From Longimicrobiales bacterium (lineage in GTDB: Bacteria; Gemmatimonadota; Gemmatimonadetes; Longimicrobiales; Gaopeijiaceae), in contig OZ220732.1 in assembly GCA_965116905.1 (NCBI GenBank), positions 3,712,001-3,776,000 on the forward strand: a DNA stretch of 64,000 bases. The letters are read 5' to 3'. Position 1 is the stretch's first letter. Each line of letters starts with the position of its first letter. The notes under the pieces were generated by a model. It did not search any database. It had not been told where the DNA came from and was given only the letters and a program-made list of their open reading frames with translations. Below, in pieces: positions 39,211 through 48,837 of this stretch. The translations under genes and the position numbers were made by a program.

Positions 39211-40731
39211 ATGACTACTCCATCCCACATCCCCGAGCTTCTCCGCACCGGCGCCGCCACCGACACCGCCTTCTCCGCCCCGGACCGTCCCGACCTCACC
39301 TACGACGGCCTCCGCCGGCACGTCGAACGCACCGTGGCCGCGCTCAACGCACGCGGCATCGGGCGAGGCGACCGGGTGGCCATCGTGCTGCCCAACGGGC
39401 CCGAGATGGCAAGCGCCTTCGTGGCGATCGCCGCCGGCGCGACCACCGCCCCCCTCAACCCCGCGTACCGCCGGCCTGAATTCGAGTTCTACCTCCAGGA
39501 CCTCGGGGCGAAGGCGCTGGTCGTGGCCGAGGGGGACGACTCGCCCGCCCGGGCCGCCGCCGCCGCGCTTGGAGTGCCGGCCATGGAAATACGCGCGGAG
39601 CCGGGCAGCCCGGCGGGCACCTTTTCCTTCGTGGGCGAGCCGCAGGGCGCACCCGCTGCGCGCGGTGGCATGGCCGGACCCGACGACGTCGCTCTGGTCC
39701 TCCACACCTCCGGCACCACGTCGCGACCCAAGATCGTGCCACTGCTGCACAGGAACGTGTGCGCCACCGCCGAGAACATCCGCACGACGCTGCGGCTGGA
39801 GGCTGCCGACCGCTGCCTCAACGTGATGCCGCTCTTCCACATCCATGGGCTGATGGCGTGCGTCCTGTCGTCACTGCATGCGGGCGCAAGCGTCTATTGC
39901 GCACCGGGGTTCAACGCGCTCCGGATCTTCGGGTGGCTGGCCGACGCCGACCCCACGTGGTACTCGGCGGTGCCCACGATGCATCAGGCGATCCTCGCGC
40001 GCGCCAGGCGCAATGCGGAGGTCGTCGAGCGGCTGCGGCTGCGCTTCATCCGGTCCTCGTCGGCGGCGCTGCCTTCGCGGGTGATGGCGGAGCTGGAAGA
40101 CGCGTTCGGCGCGCCCGTCGTGGAGGCCTACGCGATGACCGAGGCCGCGCACCAGATGACCTGCAATCCGCTGCCGCCGGCGGCCCGCAAGCCCGGCACG
40201 GTGGGCATCGCCGCGGGCCCGGACGTCTCTGTGATGGACGCCGCCGGCAACCACCTCGCGCCGGGCGAGGAGGGCGAGATCGTCATCCGGGGGCCGAACG
40301 TCACGCCGGGCTACGAGAACAACGAGGCCGCGAACCGCGAGGCCTTCACGCACGGGTGGTTCCGCACCGGCGACCAGGGTTTCCGCGACGACGACGGCTA
40401 CTTCACGATCACGGGGCGCCTCAAGGAGATCATCAACCGGGGCGGGGAGAAGATCTCGCCACGCGAGGTCGACGAGGTGCTGATGGACCACCCGGCCGTG
40501 CAGCAGGTGGTCACCTTCGCGATGCCGCACCCCAAGCTGGGAGAGGAGGTCGCGGCGGCGGTCGTGCTGCGCGACGGCGCGGAGGCGGGTCCGGGCGACG
40601 TGCGCGACTTCGCGGCCGGGCGGCTGGCCGGGTTCAAGGTGCCGCGCAAGGTGGTGATCCTGGACGAGATCCCGAAGGGCCCGACGGGGAAGCTGCGCCG
40701 GATCGGCCTGGCGGATCAACTGGGGCTATGA
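39211..40731 (+). CDS. Acyl-CoA ligase, oxalate-CoA ligase-like
   Basis: LHTSGTTSRPK, VMPLFHIHGL, TWYSAVPTMH, EAYAMTEA and PKGPTGK. Confidence 0.88.
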   Translation: MTTPSHIPELLRTGAATDTAFSAPDRPDLTYDGLRRHVERTVAALNARGIGRGDRVAIVLPNGPEMASAFVAIAAGATTAPLNPAYRRPEFEFYLQDLGAKALVVAEGDDSPARAAAAALGVPAMEIRAEPGSPAGTFSFVGEPQGAPAARGGMAGPDDVALVLHTSGTTSRPKIVPLLHRNVCATAENIRTTLRLEAADRCLNVMPLFHIHGLMACVLSSLHAGASVYCAPGFNALRIFGWLADADPTWYSAVPTMHQAILARARRNAEVVERLRLRFIRSSSAALPSRVMAELEDAFGAPVVEAYAMTEAAHQMTCNPLPPAARKPGTVGIAAGPDVSVMDAAGNHLAPGEEGEIVIRGPNVTPGYENNEAANREAFTHGWFRTGDQGFRDDDGYFTITGRLKEIINRGGEKISPREVDEVLMDHPAVQQVVTFAMPHPKLGEEVAAAVVLRDGAEAGPGDVRDFAAGRLAGFKVPRKVVILDEIPKGPTGKLRRIGLADQLGL

Positions 40732-41705
40732 AGGTCGCGATCTACGGCGCGGGGGCGACGGGCGGGTATCTGGGGGTGAAGCTGGCGCGGGCCGGGGTCG
40801 ACACCACCCTGATCGCACGCGGCCCCCACCTCGAAGCAATGCAGCGCCGCGGCGCGCGGCTGCACATCGGCGGCGACGAACTCGTCGCGCGGCCCCTGTG
40901 CACCGACAACCCGGCCGAGGCGGGCCCGCAGGACTACGTCATCATCACGCTGAAGGCGCACTCCACCCCGGGCGCGGTCGACGCCATGCAACCGCTTCTG
41001 GGTCCCCACACGGCGGTGGTAACCGCGCAGAACGGCGTGCCGTGGTGGTACTTCCACGGGGTGGGAGGGGAGCGCGAGGGCACGCGCCTGGAAAGCGTCG
41101 ATCCCGGCGGCCGCCAGTGGGACGGGATCGGGCCCGAGCGGGCGATCGGCTGCGTCGTCTACGTGGCGACCGAGATCGCGGAGCCGGGAGTCATCCGCCA
41201 CTCCTACGGCAACCGATGCACGCTGGGCGAGCCTTCGGGCCGGAAAACCGATCGCATCCGCACGCTCAGCAAGACGCTGATCTCGGCCGGCGTGCGGGCG
41301 CCCGTGCGTCAGATCCGCCGGGAGATCTGGGTGAAACTGCTGGGCAACGTCTCGTTCAACCCCATCAGCGCGCTCACCCTGGCTACCCTCGACAAGGTCG
41401 CCACCGAGCCCGGCACACGCGCGATCGCTCGGGCGATGATGGAGGAGACCCGGGCGATCGCCGAGGCGCTGGGCGTTCCCATACGCATCGACATCGAACG
41501 GCGAATCGACGGGGGGGCCGCGGTGGGCGCCCACCGCACCTCGATGCTGCAGGACCTGGAGCGGGGCCGCGCGATGGAGATCGACGCGCTGGTCACCTCG
41601 GTGCAGGAGCTGGGGAGGCTCGTGGGCGTGCCCACGCCGACCATCGACGTGGTGCTGGCGCTGGTTCGGCAGAGAGCGGAGATTGCGGGACTGTATCTGG
41701 CCTAA
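40728..41705 (+). CDS. Ketopantoate reductase family protein (possible oxalyl-CoA reductase)
   Basis: GAGATGG, QNGVPWWYF, WVKLLGN and TSMLQD..GRAMEID; ATGA overlap with the ligase. Confidence 0.88.
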   Translation: MKVAIYGAGATGGYLGVKLARAGVDTTLIARGPHLEAMQRRGARLHIGGDELVARPLCTDNPAEAGPQDYVIITLKAHSTPGAVDAMQPLLGPHTAVVTAQNGVPWWYFHGVGGEREGTRLESVDPGGRQWDGIGPERAIGCVVYVATEIAEPGVIRHSYGNRCTLGEPSGRKTDRIRTLSKTLISAGVRAPVRQIRREIWVKLLGNVSFNPISALTLATLDKVATEPGTRAIARAMMEETRAIAEALGVPIRIDIERRIDGGAAVGAHRTSMLQDLERGRAMEIDALVTSVQELGRLVGVPTPTIDVVLALVRQRAEIAGLYLA

Positions 41706-41716
41706 GGAGGCATGAA

Positions 41717-41986
41717 ATGGCGGTCTACAAGATGATTCGCATCAGAGTTCACGATGCTGACCGGTACGCAACGTTCGCCCAGGCGGCGTCGGCGGCGTTG
41801 GCGAGACACGGTGGCGAACTTCTCTACCAGAACGAGCGCGATGCAGCCACTCGCATCCTGGTCGTGCGCTTTCCCGACGCGGCTTCGTCCTGGGCACACT
41901 ACGGCGATCCGGAGATTCAGGAGGCTCTGTCCACGGCCAGGGGGTCCTTCACCCGCGATATCGTCGCGCTCGAAGGTGCGTCCTAG
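41717..41986 (+). CDS. DUF1330 family protein
   Basis: AAGGAGG upstream; V-D-DRY, HGG and VVRFPD pattern. Confidence 0.7.
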   Translation: MAVYKMIRIRVHDADRYATFAQAASAALARHGGELLYQNERDAATRILVVRFPDAASSWAHYGDPEIQEALSTARGSFTRDIVALEGAS

Positions 41987-44390
41987 CGCCAACCGGCGAT
42001 GTCTTCTGCTCCTGGGAGGCACGCTGGTCGCCGTTTGCGCCGCGACACGCGCCGCAGCCGGACAGGACCCCCCGCCGCCCGAACCCGACTCGGTTGTCAG
42101 GCTGCGGCCGCTGGTCGTGACCGCCAGGAACCGGGAGGAACTCCTTCAGAGCGTCCCGCTGGCGGTATCGGCGTTCTCCGGCCGTGATCTGGAGCTTGGC
42201 CAGGTCGGGACGACCGACCGGCTCGGCCAGATCCTTCCGAACGTCAATTTCAACCACTCCGGCGCACTCTCGGGCACGAAATCCGCGGCGCAGTTCTACA
42301 TCCGCGGCGTGGGGCAGCGCGACTTCCTGCCCGTGACGGATCCGGGGGTTGCGGTCTACGTCGACGGGATATACATGCCGCGCTCGGTGGGAGCCGTAAT
42401 GGACCTCATCGACGTGGAGCGCGTCGAGGTGCTGCGCGGACCGCAGGGCACGCTCTTCGGGCGCAACGCGGTGGGCGGAGCCGTGACCATCCACTCCAGG
42501 AGGCCGGACGCGGAAGCCCGCAGAAGCATGCGGGTACAGGTCGGCGATGACCGCATGACCAACCTGACCGCCGCAGCCAACGGTGCCCTGGGGGATGGGC
42601 TCTTCGGGAGCGCGACGCTGGCCCTCCGCAAGCGGGACGGTTACGTGACGCGCATCCACGACGGACTCGACATGGGCAACGACAACGCACAGGCGGCCCG
42701 CGGTACAATCTTGTGGCGCCCCTCGGCGACCTTCGAGGTCCATGCGACGGCCGACTATTCCCGCAGGCGGGAGAACGGGGCGCCCACCGTCAACGGGGGC
42801 GTCAACGACAAGCAGGCCTTTGGGACGTTCGGCAACGCAGCACTGCCCGGCTGCACGGCGATCGCAGTCAACCCCGACTTTCCCGGCGCGGGACCGCCCA
42901 CCTTCCCCCCGCCCGGACAGGGCGCGGGCGGTGCCAGGGGTTGCTACGGACCCGACAGTTTCGCCGGGGAATACATCTCCGAAGCCACCTTTCCGGCGTT
43001 CGCCGATCAGGACTCGTGGGGCGCCGGCGCCAGGGTCTCCTGGTCGCCCGGCGGGACCCTCACGCTCCGGTCTCTCACGGGCTACCGGGGGCTGGACATG
43101 CGGAGCTCCCGCGACGCGGACAACACGCCCGCCAACATCCTTCAGATCCAGGTCGCGGTCGAATCCGAGCAGCTGAGTCAGGAATTGCAGTTGAGCGGCC
43201 TCGGCCTCGACGACCGCATACACTGGCAAACCGGTCTCTACCTCGTCCGCGAGGTCGGGTACTATCTGGGTGCCGTGACGCTTCCGACCGGGGCGTTTGA
43301 CAGCCACTGGGACCTGGTGAACTCGTCGATGGCCGGGTTCGCCCAGGCCACAGCCGACGTGACGCCGGCAGTCTCGCTGACGGTCGGCGCACGCTACACG
43401 AGGGACCGGAAGGCGGTGACGCCGGACGTCTACGCGCTGGGTGACGCGTCGCAGGGCAGGGGAAGTATCCACGGGCCCACATGGCCCCTGGCCAAGGGGA
43501 TCTTCCGAGCGGCCACCGGGCCGATGAAGCCCGGGGACCGCATTCTGGCCAACAGGGAATTCACAAGGGATTTCGATGCGCTGACCGTAATGGCCAACCT
43601 CTCTCATCGATTGAACGACAACACGATCGCCTATCTCGGATTCGCCGAGGGATTCAAGAGCGGCGGCTTCGACGCGCGGGTTCCGTCTCCCCCGCCCGGC
43701 CACGAACCGAATTCGCCCGACGCGGCCCCGACCGACTACGAGCCCGAAACAGTCGCCAGTTACGAAATCGGACTGAAGTCGAGTACCGGAGACGGTCGTC
43801 TGAGGCTGAACCTGGCACTCTTCCGAGCCGACTACGAGGATTTGCAGGTCGTCATTCGAGAGTCGATCAACCCAATCACGGTCAACGGCGGGTCAGCCGA
43901 TCTCAAGGGTGCCGAACTGGAGGCGACGTGGATACCCTCCGGCGCGTGGGAAATCGCGGCCAGCGTCGGCGTATTGAGTGCGGAGTACGACAGCCTGAGC
44001 GCCGCAGTGCTCGAAAACAGGAACCCGGTGCTGCCGGATTACAAGCTGACCAAGGCACCCGGCTTCAACCATTCACTCGGGATCGGCAGGACATTCCGCG
44101 CCCGCGGTCGACCCGTCACCCCCCGGATTCACTGGACCTATACGGCGTCGCAGTATCACGACCCCGTCAACACGCCCCAATTGTTTCAGGAAGGGTATCA
44201 CCTGCTCCACGCCACGATCGGCCTGGCGAGCGCGGACGGCAGGTGGGAGGTGTTGTCCGCGTTCCGCAACATCACGGACGCTCGCTATCTCGTGACCGGA
44301 ACATCCGCCTGGGGCACTGCCGCAGCCTACATCGAGCAGGTGTACGGAAGACCGTTCGAGTGGTCGGTTGCGGTGAAGCGAACCTGGTGA
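41976..44390 (+). CDS. TonB-dependent receptor
   Basis: VVTARNREE-LQSVP, ERVEVLRGPQGTLFGRNA, GFKSGG and C-terminal W. Confidence 0.92.
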   Translation: MRPSANRRCLLLLGGTLVAVCAATRAAAGQDPPPPEPDSVVRLRPLVVTARNREELLQSVPLAVSAFSGRDLELGQVGTTDRLGQILPNVNFNHSGALSGTKSAAQFYIRGVGQRDFLPVTDPGVAVYVDGIYMPRSVGAVMDLIDVERVEVLRGPQGTLFGRNAVGGAVTIHSRRPDAEARRSMRVQVGDDRMTNLTAAANGALGDGLFGSATLALRKRDGYVTRIHDGLDMGNDNAQAARGTILWRPSATFEVHATADYSRRRENGAPTVNGGVNDKQAFGTFGNAALPGCTAIAVNPDFPGAGPPTFPPPGQGAGGARGCYGPDSFAGEYISEATFPAFADQDSWGAGARVSWSPGGTLTLRSLTGYRGLDMRSSRDADNTPANILQIQVAVESEQLSQELQLSGLGLDDRIHWQTGLYLVREVGYYLGAVTLPTGAFDSHWDLVNSSMAGFAQATADVTPAVSLTVGARYTRDRKAVTPDVYALGDASQGRGSIHGPTWPLAKGIFRAATGPMKPGDRILANREFTRDFDALTVMANLSHRLNDNTIAYLGFAEGFKSGGFDARVPSPPPGHEPNSPDAAPTDYEPETVASYEIGLKSSTGDGRLRLNLALFRADYEDLQVVIRESINPITVNGGSADLKGAELEATWIPSGAWEIAASVGVLSAEYDSLSAAVLENRNPVLPDYKLTKAPGFNHSLGIGRTFRARGRPVTPRIHWTYTASQYHDPVNTPQLFQEGYHLLHATIGLASADGRWEVLSAFRNITDARYLVTGTSAWGTAAAYIEQVYGRPFEWSVAVKRTW

Positions 44391-44441
44391 ACGGCGGTGC
44401 AGGTACGGTTTCACGCGCAACGTTTTTGATGCGCGCCCTGA

Positions 44442-45932
44442 TCAGGCCCCGAACAGCGCCACGTCGAAGAGCCTGCCCAGTATGAGGATAAGGCTCATCC
44501 CCGTGAACACCACGATGCTGATCCAGGTGAAGGTGCGCGCAAACCGCGACGGGTAGAAGTGGGGGTCGTCCTTCGGAATCACCTTCAGGCAGTAGTAGAA
44601 GTTGAGGCAGAAGATGACCGGGGCGACAAAGTAGGCGAGCGCCGACGCCACGAGCACGAGGTAGACCGGCCTCGGCACCGCTTCGATCAAGAGCACCGCC
44701 GCCACCAGCGAGAACAGCATGGTCGCGCGGTAGATGTTGTACTCCGAGTACCAGCGCCGCCGGTGGTCCGCCGTGACGCGGCGCGCCGAGGTGCCCGCCA
44801 GCGCCGCCGTGGGGCGAAAGAGATTGCGGCAGCACGCGCCCACGATCCGCGGCCAGCCGTCGAAGTAGTTGAACGCGGTCGAGAAGGTCGCCGCGAACGC
44901 GCCGAGCATGAAGATCGTCATCATCCACGGGCCGACGCTCTCGGTGAAGATCCCCGCGATCTCGCCCATCACGGCGCGCCCCTCGATCGGGCTGGGATAG
45001 AGCCACACGGCCGAGAGCAGCACGAAGATCGTCGCGATGATGAACGACATCACATGGCCGAGCCGGAAGTCCCATATGCTGATCCTGAAGCAGCGCCGGC
45101 TGTACTCCACAGCGCGTTCCGGCAGGCTGCGGACATCGACCGTGAGGTCGGACATCCGGGGGGCGAAGGGATCGAAGGTGGGCGCCAGCCCCGCGTCCTC
45201 CAGCCGGTCCCGGATCCTGGCCATTCCGGTGCGCTTGGCCTTGCCCCACTCGGAGGCCTGGAGCGATACGTCGATCCCGGTGGGCAGCAGGCCGAGGAAG
45301 CCGGCGATCACGAGCCAGGAGCCCGCCGGCGCGTCGAAGATGAGGAAGTGCTCGAGCTCGCCGATCGGCGCGGGCCTCACGAAGTAGACGATCACCGCCG
45401 AGACAAACAGCAGGCCGCCCGCGATCTTGGCCCCCGCTTCGAGCGCGGCGTACCTCCCCCACAGCAGGATGACCACCGATGCCGCTCCGAGCAACGCACC
45501 CCAGATCCAGAGCGGCACCGGCAGGCCGAGCTGCGCCGAGAAGAGGTAGTACAGGACCGCAGCCGCCGCGATGAGCCGGCCCGCCTGCCCCACCGCGCAC
45601 TGGATGATGGTGGTCACGAGCACGTACCACACGGGCAGCTTGCCCGGCGCGGTTGCGTAGGCCGCCATGAGGCTCTTGCCGGTCGCGTTGGTGAACCGGA
45701 ACGCCAGTTCGAAGCCGTAGTACTTGAAGACGTACGCGAGCAGGACACACCACAGCAGCGCGAACTCGAAGCGACCGCCGGCGGTCGGGGCCGTGACCAG
45801 GTGGCTGGTCCCGATTCCGGTCATCATGAGAATCATCCCGGGCCCGAACTGGCGCAGCAGGCTGCGCGGGCTCATGTCGGGAACCTTCAGATCGTCGAAG
45901 GAGGAGGAGGGGTGGCTGGATGATTCGGTCAC
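44442..45932 (-). CDS. Nramp-like / divalent metal cation transporter family protein
   Basis: GPGMILMMTGIGTSHL, AGGRF and FAATFST motifs; many transmembrane helices. Confidence 0.8.
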   Translation of the reverse strand: MTESSSHPSSSFDDLKVPDMSPRSLLRQFGPGMILMMTGIGTSHLVTAPTAGGRFEFALLWCVLLAYVFKYYGFELAFRFTNATGKSLMAAYATAPGKLPVWYVLVTTIIQCAVGQAGRLIAAAAVLYYLFSAQLGLPVPLWIWGALLGAASVVILLWGRYAALEAGAKIAGGLLFVSAVIVYFVRPAPIGELEHFLIFDAPAGSWLVIAGFLGLLPTGIDVSLQASEWGKAKRTGMARIRDRLEDAGLAPTFDPFAPRMSDLTVDVRSLPERAVEYSRRCFRISIWDFRLGHVMSFIIATIFVLLSAVWLYPSPIEGRAVMGEIAGIFTESVGPWMMTIFMLGAFAATFSTAFNYFDGWPRIVGACCRNLFRPTAALAGTSARRVTADHRRRWYSEYNIYRATMLFSLVAAVLLIEAVPRPVYLVLVASALAYFVAPVIFCLNFYYCLKVIPKDDPHFYPSRFARTFTWISIVVFTGMSLILILGRLFDVALFGA

Positions 45933-46056
45933 GGGGGGCCGGGAACCGGGGAAGGTGAATCGGATCGGTCAGAATACCGCGGCCGACGGAACATGGGCAA
46001 GATCGGCATTGACCGATGCCGGCACCGGTGCGCCGGGGCCTCCCTGTTCCACAGGG

Positions 46057-46085
46057 TTGTCGCATATCGATACACGATATAGAAT
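46057..46085 (+). promoter_or_regulatory. sigma70-type promoter of higBA with an operator palindrome
   Basis: TTGTCG-17 bp-TAGAAT with ATATCG-N5-CGATAT in the spacer; the ATG begins 7 nt after the -10 element. Confidence 0.7.
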
Positions 46086-46091
46086 GTCAAG

Positions 46092-46370
46092 ATGATTCGG
46101 AGCTTCCGGTGCAAGGACACCCAGCGCCTCGCGGCCGGATATCGGGTCCGCCGCTTCCAGGCGTTCGAACGGACTGCCCAGCGGAAGCTCGCTCAACTGG
46201 ACGCCGCTGCAACGCTCGACTTCCTGCGAGTCCCGCCGGGCAATCGGCTCGAGGCACTCAAGGGCGACCGCCAAGGCTGCTACAGTATCCGGATCAACGA
46301 CCAATGGCGACTGTGCTTCCGTTACGAGTCGGGCGATGCGTACGAAGCTGAGATTGTAGACTATCACTGA
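46092..46370 (+). CDS. higB: HigB (RelE-fold) toxin
   Basis: MIRSF, PPGNRLEALKGDR-G-YSIRINDQWR and IVDYH. Confidence 0.95.
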   Translation: MIRSFRCKDTQRLAAGYRVRRFQAFERTAQRKLAQLDAAATLDFLRVPPGNRLEALKGDRQGCYSIRINDQWRLCFRYESGDAYEAEIVDYH

Positions 46371-46382
46371 GGGAGAGACACC

Positions 46383-46676
46383 GTGACGAGACTCGATCCA
46401 GTGCACCCGGGCGAGGTTTTGAAACACGACTTCATGGAACCGTTCGCGTTGTCATCGAACAGGCTGGCGAGGGCGATCGGCGTGACCCCGGCAAGGATCA
46501 ACGAGATCGTGCGGTGCCGGCGTGGCATTACGGCCGAGACCGCTCTGCGTCTCGCCAGGTACTTCGGCACCGACGCCCAGAGTTGGATGAACCTGCAGGA
46601 TCGCTACGAACTCGCCATCGCCAGGCGGCGCGTGGGCGACGCACTCGCGGCGATCCGGCCTTGCGACGCGGCATAG
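46383..46676 (+). CDS. higA: HigA antitoxin (HTH, addiction module antidote)
   Basis: VHPGEVL, ITAETALRLARYFGT and WMNLQ. Confidence 0.95.
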   Translation: MTRLDPVHPGEVLKHDFMEPFALSSNRLARAIGVTPARINEIVRCRRGITAETALRLARYFGTDAQSWMNLQDRYELAIARRRVGDALAAIRPCDAA

Positions 46677-46801
46677 CCGTCGAGGAGTATCCGGACCTTC
46701 GCCAAGCGTTGGACCAACCCCGGGCATTCTACGTTGGCGAACACGGACATCCAACGAATCCCCTACCGCCGCCCATGCCCCCTGCGTACATTGGTGCGGG
46801 T

Positions 46802-46844
46802 TTGTGGGCGGGGCGGGATTCGAATCCCACGTCTCCGCCCTGTC
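46802..46844 (-). pseudogene. 3' half of a tRNA-Val(GAC)-like sequence (possible att remnant)
   Basis: Minus strand reads GAC AG GGCGG AGAC GTGGG-ATTCGAAT-CCCGC CCCGCCC ACAA; no recognisable 5' half. Confidence 0.45.
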
Positions 46845-46950
46845 GCTCGGGTTGAAGGAGTGATAGGATGGCCACCGACTTGATGCCGGATCGCCGTTCC
46901 CCGTCGGGCGCTTGCCGTCCGGGACCGAATCCGTAGCCGCGCTGCCGCCG

Positions 46951-48837
46951 TTGCTGAAACCCACCGACACACGGAATCCCGACCACTACCACCGGGTAGT
47001 GGACTGCCAGTGGGGATGTCCGGCGCACACCGACATCCCCGAGTACATCCGGCTCATCGCCAACGGGCAGTACACCGAGTCGTACCTGCTCAACCGGAAG
47101 TCGAACATCTTTCCGGGGATTCTGGGACGCACCTGCGACCGGCCGTGCGAGCCCGTGTGCCGCCGCGTCCGGCTGGACGGCGAACCGGTGGCAATCTGCC
47201 GGCTGAAGCGGGTCGCCTCCGACCTCCGCGACGACATTACCGGCTTCCTGCCGACGATTCCGGAGGAGAAGAACGGGAAGCGCATCGCCTGCATCGGCGC
47301 GGGCTGCGCGTCGCTGACCGTCGCCAACGACCTGCTGCCGCTCGGGTACGAGGTCACGATCTTCGAGAAGCTGGCCAAGCCCGGCGGCCTGATGTGGACC
47401 AACATTCCCGAGTTCCGCCTTCCGGCCAAGGTCCTCTGGGAGGAGATCGACTACATCCTCGACATGGGCGTCGACCTCCGCCTGAACAGCCCCATCGACA
47501 GCCTCGCCGCCCTCCTGGAAGAGGACTACGACGCCGTCTTCATCGGTTCGGGCGCCCCCAAGGGCAAGGAGCTGAACCTGCCCGGCCGCTGGGACTCCGA
47601 GCAGATCCATATCGGGATCGAGTGGCTGGAGTCGGTTCGCTTCGGGCACATCGACAGCTGCGGGGACCGCGTGCTGGTGATCGGCGTCGGCAACACCGCG
47701 ATGGACTGCTGCCGCACCGCCCAGCGGCTCGGTGCCAGCGACGTCAAGGTCATGGCGCGCAAGACCAAGCCGTACTTCAAGGCCTCGCCGTGGGAGCTGG
47801 AGGACGCGATCGAGGAGCAGGTCGAGATCCTGGAGAACCATTCGCCGTCGCGCTTCATCATCGAGGACGGCAAGGTGGTCGCGATGGAGTTCGACCTCGT
47901 CACCTGGACACCGGGCGAGAACGGGCGGCTGAAGGCGACGGTCCACGACACGAAGATCATCGAGTGCGACGAGGTGATCCTCGCGATCGGGCAGGACACC
48001 GCGTTCCCCTGGATCGAGCGCGATATCGGCATCGACTTCAACAACTGGGACATGCCGATCGTCGACAAGACGACCTTCATGACCTCGCGCCCCGGCGTCT
48101 TCATGGGCGGTGACGCGGCGTGGGGGCCCGAGAACATCATCTGGGGAGTCGAGCACGGGCATCAGGCGGCCATCTCGATCCACGCCTGGTGCGAGGGCCG
48201 GTCGCTCACGGACCGTCCGCCGGAAGGGATGAACCTGATCAGCCAGAAGATGGGGCTACACGAGTGGTCGTACTCCAACGACTACGACGAGGCACAGCGC
48301 GTGAAGATGCGCCACGTGGACCTGCAGGAGCGCTTCAAGCGGCTGGACATCGAGGTCGAGGAGGGATTCGACATCGAGCAGACGCTGACCGAGGTGGAGC
48401 GCTGTCTCAACTGTGACATCCAGACGCACTTCGAAGCCGATTTGTGTATAGAGTGCGACGCCTGCATCGACATCTGCCCACTCGATTGCCTTACGATCAC
48501 TCCGAACGGGACGGAGGAGGAGGTCACCGGGCGCCTCACGGCCCCGCTTCTGAACTATCCCGAAGAGCCGCTGTTCATTTCGGAGGACCTGCCGCAGACC
48601 GGGAGGGTCATGGTCAAGGACGAGGACCTCTGCATTCACTGCGGCCTCTGCGCCGAGCGGTGTCCCACCGCGGCCTGGGACATGCGCAAGTCGGACCTGC
48701 TGGTCCCCTACGCGGGGCTCGCCGCGGGTGAACTGCACGCCGGCATGTCGATCATGGACCTGGCGCTCAACGGGGGCGCGGCCGGAGTCGAGCCGGCGGG
48801 GGCCGGCGCCGAACCGGCGGGGGCCGGCGCCGGCTGA
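46951..48837 (+). CDS. GltD/KorC-like FAD/NAD(P) oxidoreductase with a C-terminal ferredoxin domain
   Basis: CQWGCPAH, CDRPCEPVC, GAGCAS, GVGNTAMD, CIECDACIDICP and CIHCGLCAERCP. Start approximate. Confidence 0.88.
   Translation: MLKPTDTRNPDHYHRVVDCQWGCPAHTDIPEYIRLIANGQYTESYLLNRKSNIFPGILGRTCDRPCEPVCRRVRLDGEPVAICRLKRVASDLRDDITGFLPTIPEEKNGKRIACIGAGCASLTVANDLLPLGYEVTIFEKLAKPGGLMWTNIPEFRLPAKVLWEEIDYILDMGVDLRLNSPIDSLAALLEEDYDAVFIGSGAPKGKELNLPGRWDSEQIHIGIEWLESVRFGHIDSCGDRVLVIGVGNTAMDCCRTAQRLGASDVKVMARKTKPYFKASPWELEDAIEEQVEILENHSPSRFIIEDGKVVAMEFDLVTWTPGENGRLKATVHDTKIIECDEVILAIGQDTAFPWIERDIGIDFNNWDMPIVDKTTFMTSRPGVFMGGDAAWGPENIIWGVEHGHQAAISIHAWCEGRSLTDRPPEGMNLISQKMGLHEWSYSNDYDEAQRVKMRHVDLQERFKRLDIEVEEGFDIEQTLTEVERCLNCDIQTHFEADLCIECDACIDICPLDCLTITPNGTEEEVTGRLTAPLLNYPEEPLFISEDLPQTGRVMVKDEDLCIHCGLCAERCPTAAWDMRKSDLLVPYAGLAAGELHAGMSIMDLALNGGAAGVEPAGAGAEPAGAGAG

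Noticed and set aside
46800..46900. Intact tRNA-Sec or tmRNA (CTTCAA on the minus strand near a TTCGAAT loop)
   Set aside because: No acceptor stem, D-arm or proper anticodon stem can be paired; only a 3' tRNA-like fragment is supportable.
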